A stretch of 38,718 bases of DNA from Candidatus Cybelea sp. (GTDB lineage: Bacteria; Vulcanimicrobiota; Vulcanimicrobiia; Vulcanimicrobiales; Vulcanimicrobiaceae), in contig JBEKRW010000003.1 in NCBI GenBank assembly GCA_049517595.1, positions 1 through 38,718 of the forward strand, read 5' to 3'. The notes beneath the pieces are model-generated. The model made no database searches. It was given only the letters and a program-made list of their open reading frames with translations, and was not told where the DNA came from. This document shows positions 8,181 to 16,101 of the stretch, piece by piece. The position numbers and the translations under genes were made by a program. Each line of letters opens with the position of its first letter. Position 1 is the first letter of the stretch.

Positions 8181-9119
8181 ATGACATCCCTTTTTATTGC
8201 CGCCGCCTTGGCGTTCGCTCCCCTCTGCGGATCCGCGCAGCCTGCCGCGAGCGGCCCACGGCCCTCGATTGCCGTCCTGGATTTCTCTACGCATGGCCTC
8301 ACATCTGACTGGTATGGCTCCTTCCAGCCGGGCGTGGCGCTGAGCGACCTCCTCACGGATCGGATGGTCAACGACGGGCGCTTCAATGTGCTCGACCGCT
8401 CGCATCTGAGCTCGACGCTGGACGAGCACCAGCTCACCGCGAGCGGCGAAGTCGATCCACAGACGGCCATCAAGGCCGGGCACTTGGTCGGCGCGCGGTA
8501 TCTGATCACGGGCAATATCCTCCAGCTCGATCAAACCGGCCAAAGCGGCGCAAACGCGGGAAGCTTGCTGCCCGGCGTTTTCGGCGCGGCCGCCGGCGGC
8601 GTTTCAACCCATCGCGTAACGATCAAAGTCGCGGTGCGAGTGATCGATGCCAAGACCGGGCAGATCGTTCAGAGCTTCGCAGACGAGGAGTCGCGGTCGG
8701 GAACGTCGTGGAACGCCGGCGGATTCTCCGGCTACGTTGGGGGTTCGTATAGCAACGAGCAGTTCGTCAACAGCGACATGGGGCATCTCATCGACGATGA
8801 GGCCGCCAAGATCGCCACCGCCATCGATCCCAGCCGATTTAACTCAGGCCCGGTCGCCCCGGCCCTCACCGGGCAGATCGCCGCCATCGACGGAACCAAC
8901 ATCATCATCAACATCGGCTCCAGTGCCGGCGTCCAAGTGGGTCAGACGTTCGATATCGTCAAGGTAAAGTCGCTCGTCGATCCCACGACGCACGCGGTAC
9001 TGCACGTAAACGAAAACGTCGGCCGGCTGCAGATCGACTCGGTAAGTTCGAGCGCATCGGTCGGGCACGTCGTTTCCGGGAAGGCGGCAGTGCGTCTGAC
9101 CGTTACGTCGGAACCGTAG
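8181..9119 (+). CDS. CsgG-family-like outer-membrane lipoprotein with a C-terminal beta-rich extension
   Basis: From ATG 8181: MTSLFIAAALAFAPLCGS, a signal peptide with a lipobox-like Cys. It continues IAVLDFSTHGL...LTDRMVNDGRFNVLDRSHLSSTLDEHQLTASGEVDPQTAIKAGHLVGARYLITGNI, which resembles the CsgG/curli-transport fold. ATG 8151 is an alternative start. Confidence 0.65.
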   Translation: MTSLFIAAALAFAPLCGSAQPAASGPRPSIAVLDFSTHGLTSDWYGSFQPGVALSDLLTDRMVNDGRFNVLDRSHLSSTLDEHQLTASGEVDPQTAIKAGHLVGARYLITGNILQLDQTGQSGANAGSLLPGVFGAAAGGVSTHRVTIKVAVRVIDAKTGQIVQSFADEESRSGTSWNAGGFSGYVGGSYSNEQFVNSDMGHLIDDEAAKIATAIDPSRFNSGPVAPALTGQIAAIDGTNIIINIGSSAGVQVGQTFDIVKVKSLVDPTTHAVLHVNENVGRLQIDSVSSSASVGHVVSGKAAVRLTVTSEP

Positions 9120-10590
9120 TGGCCCGGGCGATGACGCGCTCGACCTTTACGACGCGCGTCTTCGTCAACCGGTCGTGCAGCAGAATCCGGCGCCAGAAGA
9201 AGCTGAGCGCTATAATGAGCCACCAAACCAAGAATACGATGAGATAGCGCCAAATCGTGCGCCCGACGCTGGGCGTGCGAAAGTCGATCGTGACGACCCG
9301 CAGCCCGGCAATCATCATGCCGAAGGTTTGCCCCGCTAAGACGACGAGCAGTGCGAGATAAATCGGGAACCAGAAGAAAAACCCGAGATGGCGGATTGCC
9401 TCCGCTACGATCGTAACTATCCCGTTGATGGCGCCGTTGAGGCTGCTTCCGTCGAGAGCCTTCTCTGCCGGATTCTCCCAACGAAAGTTCGTCCTCGGCG
9501 GGGGAGATGGAGATGGAGATCCGGCTGTCGTGACCGCGTGGTTTTTTCCACGGATCGTAACGCCGCCCACCCCCGGAACCGAAGCCGTAACGTCGCCTGG
9601 GGCGACGGATATATTGGTTTCGGATTGGCGAGGGCCCGGTGCGACGCTGCCCCCGAACGACGTAATGATCGCGGTTACCACCACCGCATCGATGCCCGCA
9701 GCCGCGAACCGTCGCCACCAGCCGGCACAATCTCGCGGCGCCACCGTCGCGTCGCCCGGAAGCACGAGCGCGGGCGGCGCTTCGCCGCGCTCGCGAACGA
9801 ACCAGGCCTGCGCGTCCAGATACGTTGCCGAGGTGATGAACTGGCGCATTGAGGCGATTCGTCGCGTCGCATACGGCTCGCTGCTCAACCACTCACCCCA
9901 GCGAAGTACCGAGTCGCTTGCGATCTCGGCGTGTTGCTCGGCAAATACCTCATAATCGACCTGACGGCCGAACGCGTGAAACGTCGTGACGCCCAGCGCA
10001 CGAACGGCTGCGTCGAGCGAACCGCAACAGAGCAGCCCGACTTTGTCGCACGTGAGCGCACAGCGGCGCAGCCAGGCGCCGAAGATCAGCGAGATCAGCG
10101 GATTTTCGTTGCCGTTCACGCTCAACAACGAGTGGAAGCGCGTGTGACCAGCTGCAATATGCCCGAGCTCTCGGCCGATCACGAAGGCCAGCTCGTCGTC
10201 GGAGAACAGCTCGATCCAGTGGCTCGAAAGCACGAGCGCGTAGGGCTGGCCCAGCCCAAGCGCGACGGCAGGAACGAAGTTGTCTTCGCGCACGAAGATC
10301 AGCGGCATCGGAATCTCGAGTGCCGCTGCGGCGTTTTGAGCGATCGAAAAGACGCGCGGATATTGCGTCTGATGGATGCGGACGCTCGTACCGAGAAGGC
10401 GTCCGCGCGCCAGCGTCACATAGACCATCGCAATCACGATGAAGAGCGCGACTTGCGAGGCGCCGATCGATTCGTGAAGCACGTAGCCGATCAGCAGTGC
10501 CGCGGGGAATGCGCAGAGCCCGGTTAGCCAGAAAGCGAGCCGCTCGGACGGCTCTCGCAGCGACGGGGTTCCGGTAAAGAGTGGGTGCAC
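9103..10590 (-). CDS. Membrane protein fusing an M48-like (HtpX-type) domain with a degenerate active site to a C-terminal RDD domain
   Basis: The N-terminal TM helices plus DDELAFVIGRELGHIAAGH show M48 context, but REXXH replaces HEXXH. The C-terminal WWRRFAAAGIDAVV ... GLRVV ... LHDRLTKTRVV matches the RDD domain. That domain is interrupted by a ~90-aa Pro/Ser-containing insert. Confidence 0.8.
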   Translation of the reverse strand: MHPLFTGTPSLREPSERLAFWLTGLCAFPAALLIGYVLHESIGASQVALFIVIAMVYVTLARGRLLGTSVRIHQTQYPRVFSIAQNAAAALEIPMPLIFVREDNFVPAVALGLGQPYALVLSSHWIELFSDDELAFVIGRELGHIAAGHTRFHSLLSVNGNENPLISLIFGAWLRRCALTCDKVGLLCCGSLDAAVRALGVTTFHAFGRQVDYEVFAEQHAEIASDSVLRWGEWLSSEPYATRRIASMRQFITSATYLDAQAWFVRERGEAPPALVLPGDATVAPRDCAGWWRRFAAAGIDAVVVTAIITSFGGSVAPGPRQSETNISVAPGDVTASVPGVGGVTIRGKNHAVTTAGSPSPSPPPRTNFRWENPAEKALDGSSLNGAINGIVTIVAEAIRHLGFFFWFPIYLALLVVLAGQTFGMMIAGLRVVTIDFRTPSVGRTIWRYLIVFLVWWLIIALSFFWRRILLHDRLTKTRVVKVERVIARATTVPT

Positions 10591-10628
10591 GGAGCAAGTG
10601 AGTCAGACGGCGCGAACCGGCTTTCCTC

Positions 10629-11894
10629 TTACGAGCCACGGGCCATGAAGTAAAACATGCCGGCGGTCGCGCCGCCCATCAACACGAACGTCGCCCAGCC
10701 CCACGCCCGGGCGAGGCCCGAGCTCGTCCAATCACCCATGACCTTTCGATTCGAAGCCAGCCAAACGATGACGGCTATGAGCGGCACGGCAGCGACGCCG
10801 TTGAGAACGGCCGACCAGAATAATGCCTTGATCGCGTCGACCCGCAGCAGATTCATTGCGATGCCGATTAACATTCCCGCCGCAATAATCATATAGAAGC
10901 GCGGCGCGCGGTGCACCGGTTCGCTCAAACCCTCCCGGAAACCAAAGGTCTGCGCTGCAACGTAGGCCGATGAGGTCGCCAGGACCGGTACCGCCAGAAA
11001 TCCGGTTCCCACCATTCCCAGCGCGAAGAGCAGCTCGGCAAAGCGGCCGGCCAAAGGGCGCAGCGCTTGCGCGGCCTGTTGGGCGGTGGCAATGTCGTGC
11101 CGTCCCTGCGCGCCCAGCGTCGACGCCGTCGTGACGATGATGAAGAACGCGACGACGTTCGAGAAGATCATTCCGGCGTTGACGTCGGCGTGCATGTTTC
11201 GCACCGAATCGGCATCGGTGCCGCGACGCGCGGCGATACTGGTCTTGCCGGCGTCCTTCTCCACTTCGACCATCAGTGACGACTGCCAGTAGAACAGGTA
11301 CGGCGTGATCGTCGTTCCCAGTACTCCCACCATCGTGGAAAGCCAGAGCGCGTTGAAATGAAGTTGAGGGACGGCGAAACGCTCCAGCACGTGCAGCCAT
11401 GGCGGGTGTACGATGAAGGCCGTTACGACGTAAGCAAAGAGCGATAGCGTCAACCACTTGAAGACTCGCGCGATCGTGGCATACGGCAGCCACGCCTGGC
11501 CGACGAGCATGGCGATGCCGAAGAAAAAGACGAGCGCGTCGACGGGGACCGGAACGACGAGGCGCGTGGCCGCCGCCATGCCGCCGATATCCGCACCCAA
11601 GTTGAACGTGTTGGCAACGATGACCAAACCCGCCAAGGGATACGCGAGCGAGCGCGGCAACTGCTTGCGCATAAGTGCGGCGATTCCCTCACCGGTAACC
11701 ATCGAAATGCGAGCGCACATCGCCTGAATGACGGACATCATCGGCGTCGAGATGAGCGTGAGCCACAGCATGGAGTATCCGGTCGTCGCACCAGCGACGG
11801 AATACGTCGAAATTCCCGACGGGTCGTCGTCCGCGGCGCCGGTAATGAGGCCAGGCCCCAGAATTGAGAAGAACTTACGGATTTTGCTGACCAT
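10629..11894 (-). CDS. NRAMP-family transporter, non-canonical clade (metal-site residues substituted)
   Basis: 421-aa, ~11 TM ORF. TM1 reads GPGLITGAADDDPSGIST instead of the canonical DPGN. TM6 reads GTTITPYLFYW instead of the canonical A-x-x-MPHN. Confidence 0.85.
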   Translation of the reverse strand: MVSKIRKFFSILGPGLITGAADDDPSGISTYSVAGATTGYSMLWLTLISTPMMSVIQAMCARISMVTGEGIAALMRKQLPRSLAYPLAGLVIVANTFNLGADIGGMAAATRLVVPVPVDALVFFFGIAMLVGQAWLPYATIARVFKWLTLSLFAYVVTAFIVHPPWLHVLERFAVPQLHFNALWLSTMVGVLGTTITPYLFYWQSSLMVEVEKDAGKTSIAARRGTDADSVRNMHADVNAGMIFSNVVAFFIIVTTASTLGAQGRHDIATAQQAAQALRPLAGRFAELLFALGMVGTGFLAVPVLATSSAYVAAQTFGFREGLSEPVHRAPRFYMIIAAGMLIGIAMNLLRVDAIKALFWSAVLNGVAAVPLIAVIVWLASNRKVMGDWTSSGLARAWGWATFVLMGGATAGMFYFMARGS

Positions 11895-11941
11895 CGGAGC
11901 GGCTCATACCCCGTTTGTGAGGCTTCCGAATCGAAAAGAAA

Positions 11942-12772
11942 TTACGCCAGGGGCAGGAGTCCCGCAATCTCGCTGCCCGAGACCGTGTCGCTAAAGATGC
12001 TAAGGTCTCCGTCGCGCAGCGCGCCAGCCGCTTCGACCAGGGACGCCATCGCGCTTCGGTAAAGTGCACCGCCGACGCTGATGCGGCGCACGCCGGCCGC
12101 GCTCAGCTCGGCCAACGGTACCGGTTTGCTCGGTCCGATGAGCACGTTGACCGGCTTGGGCGCCACGGCGGCGACCACGGCCGCAATGGCATCCATGTCA
12201 GGCAAGCACGGCGCGTACAGCACGTCGGCGCCCACTTCGGCGAAGGCGGCGAGGCGCGCAATAGTGTCGTCTAAATCGATTCGTCCGTGAAGATAGTTAT
12301 CGGTTCGGCCGGTCAAGATAATGCGGCCACTCGCGGCTCGAGCGGCAGCCGCAACGCGCGCAACCGCGAGGTCGAAATCGTGAATCGGATGGGCGGCGTC
12401 CGCGGTCGTGTCCTCGATGCCAAGCCCGGCCAGCCCCGACTCGATGGCTGCACGAACGGTCGCGGCACAATCCTCCGGATCTGCACCGAACCCATCTTCG
12501 AGATCGCCGTTGACCGGAAGACCACTTACGCGCGCCAAGAGGGCGGCGTGCGCGACGGCTTCATCGCGGGTGACGGCGCGACATCCGTCTTGACGGCCGA
12601 GGGAAAACGCAAGGCCGAGTGAGGTAGTGCCCAGCGCCTCAAATCCCGCACGCGCGAGCAACGCAGCCGATGCGCCATCCCATGCATTGGGCATGACGAA
12701 TGCCTCTCGCCGTTCGTGCAGCGCACGAAAACGTTCGTAGGCGGAAGTCGCCGGCTTTACGACGCGCTCCAC
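11942..12772 (-). CDS. Isocitrate lyase/PEP mutase superfamily enzyme (2-methylisocitrate lyase / oxaloacetate decarboxylase-like)
   Basis: FVMPNAWDGASAALLARAGFEALGTTS ... GLGIEDT ... TGRTD match the TIM-barrel motifs of the ICL/PEPM family. I see no KRCGH catalytic loop. Confidence 0.8.
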   Translation of the reverse strand: MERVVKPATSAYERFRALHERREAFVMPNAWDGASAALLARAGFEALGTTSLGLAFSLGRQDGCRAVTRDEAVAHAALLARVSGLPVNGDLEDGFGADPEDCAATVRAAIESGLAGLGIEDTTADAAHPIHDFDLAVARVAAAARAASGRIILTGRTDNYLHGRIDLDDTIARLAAFAEVGADVLYAPCLPDMDAIAAVVAAVAPKPVNVLIGPSKPVPLAELSAAGVRRISVGGALYRSAMASLVEAAGALRDGDLSIFSDTVSGSEIAGLLPLA

Positions 12773-13425
12773 TCCGGCGCGCGTTCTTTGCTCGCCTCGG
12801 AGAGCGCCTTCCGCACGCCCGGCGCATCGAAATCCGTCCCGTAGACGGGCGTCCCCGGTTGCTGGCGCCAGGATTCGTCGAGACCGGCTGCGTCGATGGG
12901 ATCGAAGCCGAGCTCGTCGACGAGCCGCATCACCACCGCCTTGGTCGCCGCGTCGTCGCCGGCAACGGGCAGCGCGACCCGGCCCGGAGTTCCCGCCGGC
13001 TTTCCGCGCTCGAGCAGATGCTGCGCGTAAATATTGTTGAAAGCCTTAATAACGGGGCGCCCCAGCTTCATCTCGACCCAGCAGCTTTCGGGCATGCCGT
13101 TCTCGATTTCATCGATGCGCCCGTCGCGCTGTCGGGGATAGTAGTTACCGGTGTCGATCACGACAGCGCTGGGCGAGACCTCTTCAAAAAGCTCCGGCGG
13201 AAGTCGTGAAATCTTGCCCTCGGGTATCGTCACGATGACGACGTCGCCGCTGTGCGCCGCCTCTTCCACCGTAACGGCCCGCGCTCCGGTCGCGGCCGTA
13301 AGCTCCTCGAGCGTCTCGGGCCCGCGCGAGTTTGCCACGAATACGTCGTGGCCAAGCGCCGCGAATCGCCGGGTTAGGGTCCCGCCGATGTTTCCCGCTC
13401 CGATGATCCCGATCCGCATCGTCAT
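12757..13425 (-). CDS. NADP-dependent oxidoreductase, F420-oxidoreductase-like (NpdG/P5CR-type Rossmann protein)
   Basis: The N-terminus MRIGIIGAGNIGGTLTRRFAALGHDVFVANSR is a GxGxxG Rossmann motif of the PF03807-type family. Its 3' end overlaps the next gene by 16 nt. ATG 13419 is an alternative start. Confidence 0.8.
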   Translation of the reverse strand: MTMRIGIIGAGNIGGTLTRRFAALGHDVFVANSRGPETLEELTAATGARAVTVEEAAHSGDVVIVTIPEGKISRLPPELFEEVSPSAVVIDTGNYYPRQRDGRIDEIENGMPESCWVEMKLGRPVIKAFNNIYAQHLLERGKPAGTPGRVALPVAGDDAATKAVVMRLVDELGFDPIDAAGLDESWRQQPGTPVYGTDFDAPGVRKALSEASKERAPEWSAS

Positions 13426-13568
13426 CCCTTCGTACCCAAAAATAGCACGCCCTACAACGGCGCGAACGGCTCATTGGATTGCGGTTCCGGCACATTCTTT
13501 GGCAAACCAGAAGTGCGGCCGCCAGCACCGGCTGTTTCGCTGGCGCACCGGAGGGTAGGCTTCATGGT

Positions 13569-13988
13569 ATGCGCACAGTTATGTTAACCGCCATCCTTCT
13601 CGCCCAGTTCTCCGCCAATGCTGCCGCGGCGAGCTGCGCCGGGGCCGACCCCGCGATCGTATCGGTAAAAGTGCAGAACGTCGCCGGCAACGGTTCGGTC
13701 AACCACTATACGCTGGTCGGCAAGGTCACTAATCTCGGATCTGCAAAGCAGGCATCGAACGTCTTGCAGTTCGTCGACATCTATCAAAACGGAACCCGTT
13801 TGGAAGATCGCGGCGTGCCGCCGCTAGCGCCGGGACAATCATACACCTTCTCCTACGATTGGCAGCGCGCAAGCGACGCGGGCAACGGCACGACCACCAT
13901 GCACTTTAGCCTGCGGACGACCTCGCCGTCGCCGGCCGGAAACGAAGATTGCAATCCAGGGAACGACACGTACAACGTTACATTCTAA
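13569..13988 (+). CDS. Small secreted protein, CARDB-like beta-sandwich
   Basis: The internal ATG at 13569 gives the signal peptide MRTVMLTAILLAQFSANAAAA. The mature part (VTNLGSAKQASNV...LAPGQSYTFSYDW...NEDCNPGNDTYNV) resembles CARDB domains. Confidence 0.55.
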   Translation: MRTVMLTAILLAQFSANAAAASCAGADPAIVSVKVQNVAGNGSVNHYTLVGKVTNLGSAKQASNVLQFVDIYQNGTRLEDRGVPPLAPGQSYTFSYDWQRASDAGNGTTTMHFSLRTTSPSPAGNEDCNPGNDTYNVTF

Positions 13989-14045
13989 CTGACGCCGTTT
14001 CGGAGTAAACGGTAATCTCCGGCCGGGCGGCGTACCTAGCCGTCG

Positions 14046-16101
14046 ATGCCAGGCACACTCCGCATCGGGATCGACGTCGGCGGAACGTTCACCGATCTCG
14101 CCGCCGCCGAATCCTGGAGTGGGCGAACCGTCACGCGCAAAGTCGCCAGCACGCCGCGGGAGCCGCATCGCGCGGTCATTGACGCAATAACCGCAATCCT
14201 GGCGGAGTACGAAGAGACTCCGCCGGTCGAGTTGCTCGCGCATTCGACGACGATTGCAACGAACGCGCTGCTCGGTCAGTTGAACCTCGAGCTTCCGCGC
14301 GTGGCACTCGTGACGACGGCCGGGTTTCGAGACGTGATCGAGATCGGCCGTCAAAATCGAAGCGAACTCTATAACCTGTTCGTGCAACGGCCGCGCCCGC
14401 TGGTTGCGCGCACCGATCGGTTGACCGTGCGCGAACGTGTCGACTTTGCGGGGAACGTACTCCAAGCCCTCGACGAGGAGGACGTCGAGCGCCTCTGCGA
14501 TGAGCTGCGCGAACGCAACCCGGCAGCCGTCGCGATCTGCCTGCTGCATTCGTACGTCAACGACGCCCACGAGCGGCGCCTCGCCACAGCCCTCGCGGCA
14601 GCGCTTCCGGGAGTCCGCGTGACGGTCTCATCGCAGGTCGACCCGCAGTACCGGGAGTACGAGCGATGCTCGACAACCGTGGTTAATGCAGTGCTCGCGC
14701 CGATCGTGGAAGACTACCTCGAGCGGCTCACCGCCGCACTCCGAACCGCCGGAGTTGAGGCGCCGCTCTACGTGATGCGGAGCGACGGCGGTCTGGCGTC
14801 CCAAGGCATTCTCACGCGACCGGCGGCGCTAATCGAAAGCGGACCCGCTAGCGGAGCGATGGCCGCGGCTGCACTCGGCCGCCGGATCGGCATTGCACGA
14901 CTGCTCTCGTTCGACATGGGCGGAACGACCGCCAAAGCGGGCGCCATCGTGGACGGAGTCGCGCAGGTGGCGGGTGAGTTCGAGGCCGCCGGTGCGACGC
15001 ACAGCGGCCGCGCGATTAAGGGAAGCGGCTATCCCGTTCGCTTTCCCTTCGTCGATCTTGCGGAAATCAGCGCCGGGGGCGGCACGATCGCGTGGCTGGA
15101 CGATGCCGGTTCGCTACGCGTTGGTCCGCTTTCGGCGGGAGCCGATCCGGGGCCGGCCTGTTACGGACGCTCCGGCCAGGCTACGGTTACCGACTCAAAC
15201 GTCGTCCTCGGCCGCTTGAATCCAAGAGCATTGCTCGGCGGCGCATTTCCAATCGACGCAGACCGCCGTCGGGCGCCTCGCGCCCGCGTTGGGACTCGAC
15301 CTCGAAATGGCGGCCGCCGGCATCGTGCGGCTGATCGATCACGCGATGGCGAGAGTTCTGCGGATCGTCACCGTCGAGCGCGGGCTGGATCCGCGTGAGT
15401 TCGCGATGGTCGCTTTCGGAGGCGCCGGGCCGCTGCATGCCTGCGCGGTTGCCGACGAACTGGGAATCACACGCATCGTCGTCCCACAGCATCCCGGCCT
15501 CTTTTGCGCACGCGGATTGCTCGAGGCAGAGCTTCACACGGCCGACATCGTCGCCGTGCTGCAATCGACCAAAAAGATCGACCACGCCGCGTTGCAGCGC
15601 TGGTTCGAAGAGCGCGAGGAACGCGGTCGCGCCTCTCTGATCGAGCAAGGCGTGCAACCGCAAACGATTGCTTTTCGACGTCAATACGACGCGCGCTACC
15701 GCGGACAGAGTTTCGAGTTGACGGTCGATCACGGCGAATCGCCCGAAGCGATCGCGCAACGGTTTCACGACGCGCACCGCTCTCGCTACGGTTACCACGT
15801 CCCGGGCGAGACCGTCGAGCTGGTCAACGCGCGTTCGACCGGAGTCGGCAGCTTGCCGGCGCATCATGCCGCCCCGTTGCTACCCCTCGAGCGCGTAGCG
15901 CGGCGCGCGGAAGCGCGTCGCCTCTGGCTGGACGGATCGTTCAGCGACGTCCCCGTTTTACAACGCGCCGGTCTCGAGGGCGGTGCGCGGATCGAGGGGC
16001 CCGCGATCGTCGAAGAGTACGATTGCACGACGTACCTCGCTCCGCAGTGGTCGTTGCACGCCGACGGCGGCGTGCTGCTCTTGGAGAAGGCGACGGCATG
16101 A
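14046..16101 (+). pseudogene. hyuA: Hydantoinase/oxoprolinase A subunit (HyuA family), interrupted by a +1 frame change near 15262..15270
   Basis: ORF 14046.. begins MPGTLRIGIDVGGTFTDL (HyuA N-terminus) and stays family-like up to VTDSNVVLGRLNP...AFPIDAD. The family-like sequence then continues in the next frame as VGRLAPALGLDLEMAAAGIVRLIDHAMARVLRIVTVERGLDPREF. That frame is open from 15220 to the stop at 16101. The joined length is ~684 aa, typical for HyuA. Confidence 0.8.

Noticed and set aside
9503-9520. Hexamer microsatellite ggagat x3, plus similar GC-rich periodic stretches near 28975..29000 and in aceF (35165..35260, 35480..35580).
   Set aside because: They encode Ser/Pro or Ala/Pro inter-domain linkers (SPSPSP, APAAP) inside confident CDSs. 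They are not CRISPR-like (no spacers, no repeat array) and not regulatory.
11942-12772. ICL/PEP-mutase family gene considered as a marker of a phosphonate biosynthesis cluster.
   Set aside because: No phosphonopyruvate decarboxylase, aminotransferase or other phosphonate genes are nearby. The sequence lacks features I could tie specifically to PEP mutase.
13995-14012. Hairpin ccgttt-cggagt-aaacgg after the CARDB-like gene, considered as a possible intrinsic terminator.
   Set aside because: The stem is only 6 bp and AT-containing, and no U-tract follows (taatctcc). That is too weak to call.
15504-16097. 198-codon N-terminal extension of the hyuB ORF. The same situation applies to 7539..8543 (SRAP), 5182..5289 (GT39), 8004..8180 (CsgG-like), 13479..13568, 29161..29289, 21984..22085 and 3706..4323.
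   Set aside because: The extensions overlap neighbouring genes, are Arg-rich or non-homologous, and precede internal ATGs. Those ATGs give the family-typical N-terminus or a proper signal peptide.
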